A stretch of DNA of 64,000 bases from Naegleria gruberi (taxonomy: Eukaryota), in assembly GCA_000004985.1 (NCBI GenBank), contig GG738921.1, one strand, 5' to 3'. A model generated the notes under the pieces. The model was given only the letters and a program-made list of their open reading frames with translations, was not told the DNA's origin and searched no databases. Each line of letters opens with the position of its first letter. The stretch's first letter is position 1. Positions 48,291 to 60,708 of this stretch are shown here, piece by piece. Made by a program: the position numbers and the translations under genes.

Positions 48291-48449
48291 TTTGGTTTCG
48301 AATGTTTTCTAATTTTTGAAAACTTGAGATTTTTTCCTATTGAGAAACAATGAAATAGTGCCAGAATTGGTCAATTTAGATTTTACTGGTTTTTAACCTT
48401 ATAAATCTTTCCATTTGTGCATTATTTTCATGAGTTATGTTTCGTTTCA

Positions 48450-50040
48450 ATATTACAATTCCATTAGAAACATGTGTTTATTCTACCACGTAAAAACTTC
48501 CTTATGGAGATGGAATCTAATTCCATTTCTTTCATTTGCATCCCAAATGGCATTCGAAACTGAAGTTACCAATTGTTCTGGACCACAAACTAAAACACCA
48601 ACATATGCATTCAATTCTCCTCTTTCTTTCATTTCCTTTTTCACTTGTTCCAAGAATTGTTTTGGATTGGCTCTTCCTTTATGAATAAATGCTGTTTGTT
48701 GTGAATTTTCTTCTTTCATTTTGGAAATGAAAATATTTGGTTTTAAATTCTTATTTCCATTCGTTTCCAAGAGTTGAGGAAATACTTGAATCATATCAGT
48801 GGTTGGAATTGACCAACAAGTATAAACAGTCTTATCTTGAATATTCTTTTCCAACAAGTGTGAATAAATTGAATGAACTGGTGTAATACCAATTCCACCA
48901 CCAAACATGACAATTGTCTTGTATCTCAATAATGGAACTGATAATGATCCATAAGCACCTTCAACTCTACAAATTAATTCATTGGCTGATTGAGCCTTCT
49001 CTTGAGCAATTTTTGCAACTTGTTTTGACCATCCACTTCCAAAATTCTTTACATGAACTGTAAATTCTAATTCCTTCTTTTTAATCATTCCACCATCAAT
49101 TTCCTTACAACTACTAACTGTGATTGGATGGTGTTGATATTTTGAAACAGCAGGAATGTATAAGAATATGAAATGTCCCATTGAAGGATTACTGCCAAAT
49201 GTCAAGAATGGTTTTCTCATTGTAATGGTTGTAACTTGACTCTTTTCATCATATTTGATTGAATCAATTTTGGTTGGAATACCAAATCCAAATACCACTC
49301 TCAAAAATACATCAAACAGATATAATAAAATTGATAATGCCATATAAGGTAATAAATTAATATATCCAGAACCATGAATAATTGATAAAATGACAATTAA
49401 AATGGACAAGATGACATGTGAAATTAAAAAGACCTCCCATAGCTTTCTTCTTATGACTGGGAATGTCATTAACCAAAGAATAGTCATGAAAAACCATGCA
49501 ATAATTCCCAAAATTGGAAATGTTGGAGATGTCACATCAACTAAATATAATCCAGATGCATTATAATGAACAACCATTGCAATTCCATGAGCAGTTACAA
49601 AAAACCATTGTAAAATACCCAACCATCTGTGATATTTAATTGCTCTATCAAATGAAATTCCAAATAAAACTTGTAAAACTGAATATCTCGTGACTGGAAA
49701 TAAAATTAATCCAAAATTGAAAACACAAACAGAAGCAAATGCTTTTCCAGCTTCAGCTGATGTTGCATTCACATATCCAAATGCAAACCAAATGGCCACA
49801 AGAATCCAATAACATGAAATTACAACAGCTTCACCCAAAGTTAAATCTAAAATGGTATTAATGTAAATTCCAATAAATTTCAAATTGACTTGTTTGGTCA
49901 ATCTTCTGTACAAGATCAAATCAAGGAATAGATTTGGATTCACTCTTGGTCCAATCACACTCAATAAGAATCCACCAATAACCAACAATCCACAAATGAA
50001 TGCAGTAGCAATCAAATGCCATCTGTAGGAATTGGCAAGT
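48450..50040. repeat. Inverted-repeat arm (partner 59150-60740). Near-identical 1.6-kb 3' portions of the two DOMON-ferric-reductase paralogs.
   Basis: The encoded C-terminal about 530 aa are identical except GIPTK/GVPTK, KIAQEK/KVAQEK, EKNIQDK/EKNVQDK and KMKEEN/KMKDEN. Identity continues about 30 bp past the stop codons and then ends abruptly. Upstream of about 50030 and 59160 the copies are only about 70-80% identical. Confidence 0.85.
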
Positions 50041-51576
50041 TTGGTCAATGAGTTCATTGAGATACTTCCATCCTTAATGTTGCCAGTAGAAGAACCACAT
50101 GTGGCCAATTCACTGCCAGGAGGAGCTGCCAAGTGTGCCAAAGTAGCTGTTTGTAAAAAGTTAATCATGACATTTTTGCCTCTGTAATTGTGGACATATT
50201 CCATGGATGTAGATGTTTTGGCTATAGCCCAAGAAATTGAAATTTGTGCATTTGTAAATAAGTGATCCAATGAATCCTTAGTATTGACCAAACGTGTCCA
50301 TTTCAAATGAAGTTCATAATTTCCACTCACAGATCTTAATCCTCCATTTTTGGAAATGAAATCTTGAGATGAATCTAATGTTGGTGCTTGAAGATTACCT
50401 TGCATGTATGTGTCTAATATAACTGGGTTTCCACTTGAATCCACATATCCAAACATTGTATCAGCAGTGTCCATTCCAGAGTTGGTTCCATGATTAAATC
50501 CAATTGATGCATAGCCATAAATTCCTGTGGCAATCAATCCAAATTCAATAATTGGTACATTTGCATCATTTGGATTTGTTAAAACTTTCCAATACAATTT
50601 CAAAGAATCAGAAGTTCCATAATTAGCAACTAACTTGTAATTAGCTGTAGGATAATCAGCAGAGTTGACCCACTGAGTTAAAATACTTTGTGAATATCCA
50701 GTTTGAAGTGAACAGGTCGAATTACTACTACTAGAACCTCCATCCGAAACTACTGGTTGACTTGGCAATACTCCATACTCACCAGTAGCATAACCAGCTG
50801 AAAGGAAATTCAAACTTGGACCTTTGCCAGTGCTGGTATGTCTAACCATTCCAGTACTGGTGGAGTGGAGTGCCCAGGAAGTTTTCATGACTGCATTGGT
50901 GAAAATGACATCGTGGGAATCTCCTGTTTTAACGAAACGTGTCCACTTGATATGTGTCTCACCTGTGGCCGAGTTGTATCCACCATTTCTTTGAAGGATA
51001 TCATCGGAAGCATCACTCACTGGTGATTGTGGCTTTGCAACCATCCATGCATCCATGATGGTTACACTTTGAGAAGCACTATTATAATACCCGAAAACTT
51101 TATCAATTCATCATCATTAATAATATTAAGTTAATATTGCCAATAACAACTTACTGGTATCACCCTTCATTGGATCTCCATTTAAATAACCAAAGCAAAA
51201 CGAGACGTAACCTCTCGTGTTTTTGGCCACAGCTCCAAATTCCAAGATTGCATCATTAATATCAGAGCTTTTTTCATTCCTTAATAATTTCCAATATAGC
51301 TTGAGATTGGAACTGAATGTGGCCACATTTCCCGATGGATAATCAGTGGAAGATACAAACTGAGTATTCATACTCTGACTGTATACAATAGTTGCCTTAC
51401 GTTCCGAACCTTTTATTCTTCTAGTTGTATTATAATTATTATAAGTATCTAATATTTTATAATGATGATGATGAAACTCTTGAAAGCAACAACAACATCA
51501 TCATCATCGTCAATACAATAATCAAACTCCTTAGCCATTGACTCGAAATTAAATGATGATTCTTTGATAACGCCAT
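48483..51576 (-). CDS. Ferric-reductase/NOX-like transmembrane oxidoreductase with two N-terminal DOMON domains (copy A). Exons 48483..51097 and 51155..51371, plus a 5' signal region up to ATG 51576 that is out of frame.
   Basis: Intron 51098-51154 (GTAAGT..GATAAAG). DOMON-like repeats x2. A 6-TM ferric-reductase core with His pairs. FAD motif HPITVSS and NADPH motif GGGIGITP. The N-terminal exon MALSKNHHLISSQWLRSLIIVLTMMMMLLLL.. stops in a (TCA)4 run before reaching the DOMON frame. Confidence 0.75.
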
Positions 51577-52400
51577 TTTTCTTATTACTTCTTAATTTGT
51601 TTTAAAAGTGCATCACAATTTGGCCATTACTGTTCATTCATATCTCTCACTTGTGTATGGCCACTGTAATAGAAGAAGGTTCTTAGAAGTGGAGTGGATC
51701 AGTCTTTGGGTTTTCCAAGTTCTTCATTCCAATATTAGTTCTGATAATTATTAGTGAAAGAATATAATTTGGAAAGTCTGCAATCTTAATCAATGCCATC
51801 TTGATGTCATTATCCTATCTCATTTCCTTTGAAAGTTCAGCATTGCATTAGAAATCATTTCCAACACCGTTAAAGAATTTCAGAAACAATTTCATTGACT
51901 TTGGGTATTCTAATCAATTTCTATTTTCCCAGATAGGAGTGTTAAATCTATTGCTTGCAACCAGATGGTTACCTTTTTGGAAATTTACAGTATTGAAGCT
52001 TGTTTCTTTGACATGGTTTACAATGCTATTTTCAATTTTGAGTTCTCATAGAACCATTCAAAGTTGATTGTAAATTGTAATTTTATAAAATATATGGAAA
52101 TCTTTATTAATAATCTTACTATCGTTAAATTAGAGTTTCACGGTACACATATTTAATTGCCTACCACTTTTTCAAGAAAATCCCTTTAAAAAACCTTGAT
52201 TTCCATTAATGATTCTACTAGACCATGTTTAGAACACGGTAACCATTTTAAATTTTACAATATCTTTGTGCATTTCCCTTCTTGTAAATTAAATATTGAT
52301 ACGAGACTACTTGTAAACCCTATAAATGAAGCTAAAATTGCCGTTGCTTCATTCAATAACAAACAAAAAAACAATTAAACTCATTATTCGAATCTCAAAA

Positions 52401-52577
52401 ATGTCTGCCCAACAAACTATGATTGTCATGATGCTCTTGGCTTGTATCATGTTCTTCTTTGCCTCACCAATTAATGCTCAATATTATGAATCTGAAGTTT
52501 ATGCTGGTGCTGCTGAACAAGGTTTTGCTGCCATGTTGTTGATTGCCATCTTGGCTGTTATTGGAATGGTATTCTAA
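52401..52577 (+). CDS. Small (58 aa) two-helix hydrophobic peptide.
   Basis: MSAQQTMIVMMLLACIMFFFASPINAQYYESEVYAGAAEQGFAAMLLIAILAVIGMVF. A perfect 8-bp hairpin GTATGCCA..TGGCATAC lies about 80 bp downstream. Confidence 0.3.
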   Translation: MSAQQTMIVMMLLACIMFFFASPINAQYYESEVYAGAAEQGFAAMLLIAILAVIGMVF

Positions 52578-53401
52578 ACTACTGATGTAATTCTAATAAT
52601 TTCACTCTTCTTCCTTTGTATATTAACTAGTAGTGTCAGCACCCATACCGGTATGCCATTAAACAAAGTGGCATACACCATATTGTATAATATTTGTAAC
52701 AGTAAATAACATTGTTATTTGAATTCATTGTCAAAACAATTAACCAACAGAGTTAGAAGAAGATAAGCTGCTCACTTTGTTTGATTGCGAAAACTCAATT
52801 AATTACTCGGTAACAATCAGAAAGGATTACAGACAAGCTTGCACCATGCCAAAATTTACATTTTTCAAATATTGTAAAAAAAAATTGTGAAAAATGTTAG
52901 GTTCACTGTGGAGAGGCTGATTTTCGGAGTGGTTTCTCGTGATGAAACTCTGCGAATTTCACAACATTATTTCAACACGACTTGAATAGTAGTAATAATA
53001 GTAATTTTTATTGGTGGATTAGAATTATGAAAATTGGAAATTATTTTTCGTGATGGAAAAATTCAAGGTGATGTTTCCATCACATCCGTATCATTCACTA
53101 CTATATCTGCTGGAAAAGTGTCAAAGCAACATTGTTCGGAATGGTCAATAGTAGGGTAGGGAACTTTCTCTGGTAAATTTTGAGCAAGTTTTGATAGGTA
53201 AAAAACGAATTTACAAACAACATAGATGTTAAATGTGAATAATTTTCACCACTTCAGAAATCACTCAACAACCTGATTTGCAAGCTATAAAACAATAAAT
53301 AGGTTTTACCAACACAAATAAGAAAACCACATAATATTACCGTTACGAAATTCAACAAAAAAAAATACAACAATCTGTACCAACATGATGACTGAATGCT
53401 T

Positions 53402-54619
53402 TTACTTGAGTGGGACGTAGGCAGGTCTTCTCATCTCACTTCTTCTTCTGCTCACATAAATAATTCCCACCACAGCAATCGAAGTTGCCAAAACCATCAA
53501 CACCCCACCAATGGTAGCACATATAATGATGGCCAGATTTTCCTCCTCCTCCAAAAGTGATGATAGACCTCTGGGAGGATGATTCTGAGAGGATTTTCCA
53601 ACAATTGGATGGAATGGATGTGGAGAAATTCCCCTCCTAAAGGTGGGATAGTCCTGTACGGAGAAGGTTGTGCCATTCATCATGATGTTTAAATCTCCGT
53701 AGAGTGAGTGGATGTAATGGCTGTTTTGGCAGAGTTTGCATTTGGAGTTTTGACTTCCTTCGATGCAACTTTCCATCTTGTAGCTCATTACTGAGAATTT
53801 TGTAAAGATTTCCAGTTGACCTTTGATTTGAGCAGCAGCTCCTTTGCATTCATCACGTGAAGTTTTCTGAATAATCATTTCATAGTTGGCTGTGAGAATA
53901 TCATATCTGTTAGTGGTTGGTTCAATTTGAGTTGCATTTCTAAACTTGACAAATAATTCAGTGCTTGGATCTGGATTTGTGGAAAACCAATTCGAATCAT
54001 CATGATACAGAAAATTATATTGGAAAGTATCTGATGGATAGGGAATTTCACTCCTTTCCAGAATTACTGTCAATGCATGACTATGTAATGTGATACGAGT
54101 GCAATTATTCTCCTCTGAAAATGCAAATGAATATCCACGAACATATTGAATCCACTTGTAACAGCCATAGGATATGACCGATTGACTAACAGAAGAAAAT
54201 AATCCAATATTCACCTGACAGGTTAAACTAGCTTGTGATCCAAATTGAAGAATGGTATCATTTTGGACTAGATTAAATGTTGAATGTTGAATATTGACCA
54301 TAATATCTTTAAATTCATCGGATTTTCTCTCAAGGTCAACTATATGGAAACGTGCTGTTGAAGAACCAAACCAGACAAACATTTGATTAAAATCACTTTC
54401 TCTCGTTTGGCTTTCCTTCATGTAAATGCTCCGATAATAGTTTCCCGATAGACATTCATTACTTTTCACAAATTGACCATTCGTCAGTAGAAGTAGTATG
54501 CATATCATCATGATAAAGAAAAGTATTGATGTAAAATTAATGTTGTTGTTGGTGCTGAATTGATGAAGTTTAGGTGTAGACATTTTTTCTTTAAATTCAG
54601 GAGTTTTGGCAGTTAACAC
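53402..54619 (-). CDS. Hypothetical type I membrane protein (N-terminal signal/anchor, Cys-rich ectodomain, C-terminal TM).
   Basis: 405-aa uninterrupted ORF. C-terminal TM AIIICATIGGVLMVLATSIAVVGIIYV followed by a basic tail. Confidence 0.45.
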   Translation of the reverse strand: MLTAKTPEFKEKMSTPKLHQFSTNNNINFTSILFFIMMICILLLLTNGQFVKSNECLSGNYYRSIYMKESQTRESDFNQMFVWFGSSTARFHIVDLERKSDEFKDIMVNIQHSTFNLVQNDTILQFGSQASLTCQVNIGLFSSVSQSVISYGCYKWIQYVRGYSFAFSEENNCTRITLHSHALTVILERSEIPYPSDTFQYNFLYHDDSNWFSTNPDPSTELFVKFRNATQIEPTTNRYDILTANYEMIIQKTSRDECKGAAAQIKGQLEIFTKFSVMSYKMESCIEGSQNSKCKLCQNSHYIHSLYGDLNIMMNGTTFSVQDYPTFRRGISPHPFHPIVGKSSQNHPPRGLSSLLEEEENLAIIICATIGGVLMVLATSIAVVGIIYVSRRRSEMRRPAYVPLK

Positions 54620-55096
54620 ACCGAATCTCCATTGAGGGCGTTGACACTGTAAAATTTCGTCCGCACCATGATGTATTTGCCCTTAGATTGGTTCAACACC
54701 ATGTTACCATTGTTGTATCCAAAGCATTAAGTTGATGTTATTAATTTCACATATATCCAAATTGGAAATGAATAAATTTGGAATATTGCCAAAGCTGGAA
54801 AATAAGGGAGTTTGATAAATAAACTGGACTAAATTTTTTAAATTTATCAAACAAACTCAAACAAAATGAATAGAGAAGAATCCAAACAAGAACAAATTCT
54901 ATCCGCACAAAGAAAGCAACATCCACATCTAGGACCATCTGGTTGGCCACCAATGAATAAGAAGAGGGATGATACAATCAGCACAGAAAGAATCCAAGGT
55001 CGAGAGAATGCTCCTCATGTTGGTGAATCCAGTGTAAACTTTAATCAAACAGAGGATCATGATTGGGTTGTTTTGTAAATATTTTACATTGATATA

Positions 55097-56078
55097 TTAT
55101 ACAGTTGTTTTAGCAGTAAATTCCTCTTCCAAACCTTCCAAAGTAGAAAATCCATCTGATAATGTAATGATTGTTACATCACACAAATCTGTCTTTTCGT
55201 TAAACTTGTAAATAAAGTGAGTGCCAACATTATTTTCATCCTCATAGAATAGAACGTTGTAATCAGCTGTTCCATTTCCAGAAATTACACTAGGATACAC
55301 TCTATACTTGACATTTCGTTTTAATATCAAGTCTCCTGATTGTTTAAAGTCAATATCTGAAAGTTGAATTTCAAATTTGCTAGGTCCTCCTAAAATTACA
55401 AATTTTTCTATTCTCAATCGTTAGAATATTCACAATTCTCGTTCAAACTTACCTTTGGCGAGAATGGCAACCTTATTTTGAATCAAATAAGCATCGAATA
55501 AGGAACTAGGATTGATTCCGTGCAAACTCAAATCAATTTTGGTCCATCCACTGTGCATTTGTGCTGAACCAAGATTTCCAGTAATGTACAATTCATTATT
55601 CTCGGTACAAATTAAAGAAACCCATTGTCCAGCACTAATAGCCTTAATCTTACTATTTGTTGGAACAGTTAGAGGCATTGGATCATAAATCTTGTTTGGT
55701 GTTGCATACCCCAATTGTTGATAATCATTAGATCCGAAAACAACTCCACTATCATCCTCAAATATTACTATACAATAAGCATAACCAGAAGCAATCAGTT
55801 TGACTGATTTCCCCTTCACTAATGGTGATGCTATTTCAACAGGTGTATGAATATCATGTTCAGAATCTGATGGTTGTTTAGCAAACTGTGCAAGACCTGT
55901 ATTTCCACAAAAATACAATCTCTTATCAGGTACAGTCACAAAGTAGGTGTGGCCATATCCAGAGTAGGCAGATCCGAATGCCTGTACACCTTCTGGAACG
56001 ACAACCTTCTTGGCCTTGATTTGTTTGGTATAATCGAGTGAATTCTTATCATCAGTTCCAGTTTGTCCCCTTTATAAT
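55097..56078 (-). CDS. RCC1-repeat (beta-propeller) protein. Intron at about 55418-55465. The 5' end lies in or beyond the gap at 56270-56319.
   Basis: RCC1-like blades (VVFGSNDYQQLGY, LYITGNLGSAQMHSGW, YFCGNTGLAQF). ORFs 55430..55939 and 55097..55417 are joined by a GTAAGT..AATAG intron. The open frame extends upstream to about 56078. Confidence 0.55.
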
Positions 56079-56412
56079 TAGATCCAAAATATTTTACATC
56101 ATGATCAATTTGTTGATGATTTAATTATTTAATTAGATCATTTATAATATTTAAATATTCATATGATGATGATGATGATTGATGAGATGGAATAATAAAT
56201 TTTGATCAATTCCAAGATCATTATATTAATATATTAATAATATTAAAATTACACACAAATGATCAAAGANNNNNNNNNNNNNNNNNNNNNNNNNNNNNNN
56301 NNNNNNNNNNNNNNNNNNNCCATCATCTCCATTTTCATTCTTTTCATCCTCCAATCCATCACCAAACTCCTTTTTATAAAATAAAAGGAATAATTTAAAT
56401 TATAATAATTGT

Positions 56413-57174
56413 TTAATATTTATTCCATTTAACAGATTCATCAAGCATAGAGCAGAAATAATCAAATTCAATTCTAATCATCTTCTCTTCAGGTTTGTAA
56501 ATTAATTTAAATTGATTAATTCCAAATTTCCATAAAATACCATCATGCTCCCATTTAAATGCATACCACTTATCACTAAACAAAGGAGGAAGGCTATAAT
56601 TTCCAGCAAACAACCAATGATATGTTATCTTTGGAACTATTCTTCCTTCCCTTGCAATGCCACCCTCAATCAACATCTCTTCTTTTAAAATGCTATATGG
56701 TTTTGCCTTTTGTATTTGATAATCAAAGAATAGCTTTGCTTCGTGATCATCTGTTACAGAAACATAATGTTGATGATGCCACTTGACATTATGGGTTGTA
56801 TCTGGCTGAGCATTTCTAATAACTACCTCCTCAATAGTTCTCGGAAGTACCTTTAGGTATCTTGTTGCATAATATTCATCAGAATATTTTTCATCCATTA
56901 TCTCACGCAGTGTTATTGTTGGTAGGGAAGTATCAAAAAAGTATTCAAGTTGTTGTCTTTTCTCTAATGGTATGTTCACTTTCTTACTCTCTTCACTGCC
57001 TTCAAGAATGTTTGTTACTTGGCGTTTAGCTGTTTTCAAATCATCAACCTTCTCTACAACAAAACGTATTTTGTTTGTATTGTTATTCTTCTCCAACGAT
57101 TTATTCATAGCTACCCTCTTACTTTTGCTCAACCTGTATACTTCAAATGTTACTTCTGTTTTGTTGGTGACCAT
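56413..57174 (-). CDS. Hypothetical protein (253 aa).
   Basis: Uninterrupted ORF with compositionally normal coding sequence. No recognisable domain. Confidence 0.35.
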   Translation of the reverse strand: MVTNKTEVTFEVYRLSKSKRVAMNKSLEKNNNTNKIRFVVEKVDDLKTAKRQVTNILEGSEESKKVNIPLEKRQQLEYFFDTSLPTITLREIMDEKYSDEYYATRYLKVLPRTIEEVVIRNAQPDTTHNVKWHHQHYVSVTDDHEAKLFFDYQIQKAKPYSILKEEMLIEGGIAREGRIVPKITYHWLFAGNYSLPPLFSDKWYAFKWEHDGILWKFGINQFKLIYKPEEKMIRIEFDYFCSMLDESVKWNKY

Positions 57175-57719
57175 AGAAAATACTTGTTTGTTTTGTTTTG
57201 ATTTTGTTGTTGCTCATGTTGTTGTTGTTGTTGATATGTGGTGTTGTTGATGTTATTGTATTTTTTTTTACGTGAGTTTACAAATTGAAAAACAAGCAAG
57301 AATGAAACGCGGTGCCAAATGGAAATAAGATAAAAAACTGATAGGTAATGCATTCTGGACATTGTTGAATGAACCATTATCGATATCTAGTGTATAAAAT
57401 AATCTCCTTTTGGTTAGCGACATGAATTGTTGGGAGCTGTTAATATGTAAAAGGTCAAAACGAAACACCCAATTTTTCATGTTTCCTTTCCGCTCTACTT
57501 CAAGTTTCGAATAACGTCTATTGGGGCTACCTGAAGAACACAATGATTAAGAGAGAACTTCACATGCCAATTCTTTTGGTGAACGATTTCTCAAAGTTTC
57601 CAATGGTTTCGGATAGGTGATGCAAATAGCCACTTGGATTCTTTTAGCCATTTGTTTCATCAGAAAGTCAATTTAGGTTTCAGCCCTTGCCGAACTTGTA
57701 ACTGGATACCAACAAAAAA

Positions 57720-60708
57720 ATGGCGTTTTATGTTATTCGAAACTCGCAGCTCTTTCTTCTGTCTGCACTCTTGTTGGTAACAGTTTTAGCATGTCATGAC
57801 CCAGCACATGCAGCAAACGTTACCTATAGCCAAAGTATTGAAACTCAATTCGTAAATCCCTCTGATTATCCAGCAACAAACGTTGCCTCTTTCGGTTCGA
57901 ATCTGAAACTTTATTGGAAACTCTTAAAAAACGAAAAGAGTTCAGATATTAATAATGCCATTCTAGAATTTGGTGCTGTTGCTCTTCGTACTAAAGGTTA
58001 CCTTTCCTTTTGTTTTGGTTATTTAAGTGGAGATCCAATGAAGGGAGATACCAGTAAGTTATTTTTTTATTCGAAAGTTCTAAAGCATTAATATTCAATC
58101 TAAAGTCTTTGGTTTCTTCAATCAAGCTTCAGGTAGCATCACTGTTATGGACGCTTGGATGACTAACAAACCTGCACCACCAACCAGTGATCCCTCTGAT
58201 GATATCATCCAGAAGAATGGAGGGTTTCGAACAGTTAATGGAATATCCGAAACTCACATGAAATGGACACGTTTCGTCAAGACCAACGATACTAGAGATG
58301 TTGTATTTACTAACACTGCCATGAGAATGTCCTGGGCTATTCACTCAACTAGTACTTCAATGGTGGAACATACCAGTCAAGGAAGTGGCACAACTGTTAA
58401 CTTTCTTTCGGCTGGATTCGTAACTGGTGAATATGGAAAGCTTCCACAACCACCAGTGATTGCAACAGGAGGTGGAAATAACTGTTCACTTCCAACTGGA
58501 TATTCACAAAGTATTTTAACTCAGTGGGTCAATTCTGCTGATTATCCTGCAGCTAATTACAAGTTAGTTGCTAATTATGGAACATCTGATTCTTTGAAAT
58601 TGTATTGGAAAGTTTTGACCAATCCAAATGATGCCAATAATCCAATTATTGAATTTGGATTGTTGGCTACAGGTATTTATGGTTATGCTTCACTTGGTTT
58701 CAATCATGGAGCTAGTTCAGGAATGCAAACTGCTGATACCATGTTTGGTTATGTAGATTCAACTGGTAAGGCAGTGATTATTGATGCTTACATGCAAGGA
58801 AATTTGCAAGCACCAGCTCCAGACACCACTCAAAATTTTATTTCAAGCAATGGTGGTTTGAGATCTGTCAATGGCAATTATGAACTCCATTTGAAATGGA
58901 CACGTTTGGTAAATACTAAGGACGCTATGGATTATACATTCAGCAATGCACAAATTCCAATTTCATGGGCTCTTTCCAAAACTTCTACTTCCATTACTTC
59001 TGTTCACAGTTACAGAGACAAGAATGTCATGATTAATTTCATGCAAAATGGAGCTTCCACTGAAATGGCAGCTCCTCCTGGCAGTAGTTTGGCATGTGGA
59101 TCAAGTAGTGGTTCACAAACTGGAACTGTTGTCATTGATGAAGGTTTGAAATTAGCAAATTCCTACAGATGGCATTTGATTGCTACTGCATTCATTTGTG
59201 GATTGTTGGTCATTGGTGGATTCTTATTGAGTGTGATTGGACCAAGAGTGAATCCAAATCTATTCCTTGATTTGATCTTGTACAGAAGATTGACAAAACA
59301 AGTCAATTTGAAATTTATTGGAATTTACATTAATACCATTTTAGATTTAACATTGGGTGAAGCTGTTGTAATTTCATGTTATTGGATTCTTGTGGCCATT
59401 TGGTTTGCATTTGGATATGTGAATGCAACATCAGCAGAAGCTGGAAAAGCATTTGCCTCTGTTTGTGTTTTCAATTTTGGATTAATTTTATTTCCAGTCA
59501 CAAGATATTCAGTTTTACAAGTTTTATTTGGAATTTCATTTGATAGAGCAATTAAATATCACAGATGGTTGGGTATTTTACAATGGTTTTTTGTAACTGC
59601 TCATGGAATTGCAATGGTTGTTCATTATAATGCATCTGGATTATATTTAGTTGATGTGACATCTCCAACATTTCCAATTTTGGGAATTATTGCATGGTTT
59701 TTCATGACTATACTTTGGTTAATGACATTCCCAGTCATAAGAAGAAAGTTGTGGGAAGTCTTTTTAATTTCACATGTCATCTTATCCATTTTAATTGTCA
59801 TTTTATCAATTATTCATGGTTCTGGATATATTAATTTATTACCTTATATGGCATTATCAATTTTATTATATCTATTTGATGTATTTTTGAGAGTGGTATT
59901 TGGATTTGGTGTTCCAACCAAAATTGATTCAATCAAATATGATGAAAAGAGTCAAGTTACAACCATTACAATGAGAAAACCATTCCTAACATTTGGTAGT
60001 AATCCTTCAATGGGACATTTCATATTCTTATATATTCCTGCTGTTTCAAAATATCAACACCATCCAATCACAGTTAGTAGTTGTAAGGAAATTGATGGTG
60101 GAATGATTAAAAAGAAGGAATTGGAATTTACAGTTCATGTCAAGAATTTTGGAAGTGGATGGTCAAAACAAGTTGCAAAAGTTGCTCAAGAGAAGGCTCA
60201 ATCAGCCAATGAATTAATTTGTAGAGTTGAAGGTGCTTATGGATCATTATCAGTTCCATTATTGAGATACAAGACAATTGTCATGTTTGGTGGTGGAATT
60301 GGTATTACACCAGTTCATTCAATTTATTCACACTTGTTGGAAAAGAATGTTCAAGATAAGACTGTTTATACTTGTTGGTCAATTCCAACCACTGATATGA
60401 TTCAAGTATTTCCTCAACTTTTGGAAACGAATGGAAATAAGAATTTGAAACCAAATATTTTCATTTCCAAAATGAAGGATGAGAATTCACAACAAACAGC
60501 ATTCATTCATAAAGGAAGAGCCAATCCAAAACAATTCTTGGAACAAGTGAAAAAGGAAATGAAAGAAAGAGGAGAATTGAATGCATATGTTGGTGTTTTA
60601 GTTTGTGGTCCAGAACAATTGGTAACTTCAGTTTCGAATGCCATTTGGGATGCAAATGAAAGAAATGGAATTAGATTCCATCTCCATAAGGAAGTTTTTA
60701 CGTGGTAG
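57720..60708 (+). CDS. Ferric-reductase/NOX-like transmembrane oxidoreductase with two N-terminal DOMON domains (copy B). Exons 57720..58053 and 58133..60708.
   Basis: Signal peptide MAFYVIRNSQLFLLSALLLVTVLACHDPAHA. Intron 58054-58132 (GTAAGT..GCTTCAG). The domain order matches copy A. The C-terminal about 530 aa differ from copy A at only 4 residues. Confidence 0.85.

Noticed and set aside
51098-51154. Alternative tiny intron (GTAAGG..TACAG, 22 bp) upstream of the first DOMON exon of copy A, which could rescue the frame.
   Set aside because: It is too short for a spliceosomal intron in this genome, where observed introns are 45-175 bp. It also does not connect the signal-peptide frame to the DOMON frame.
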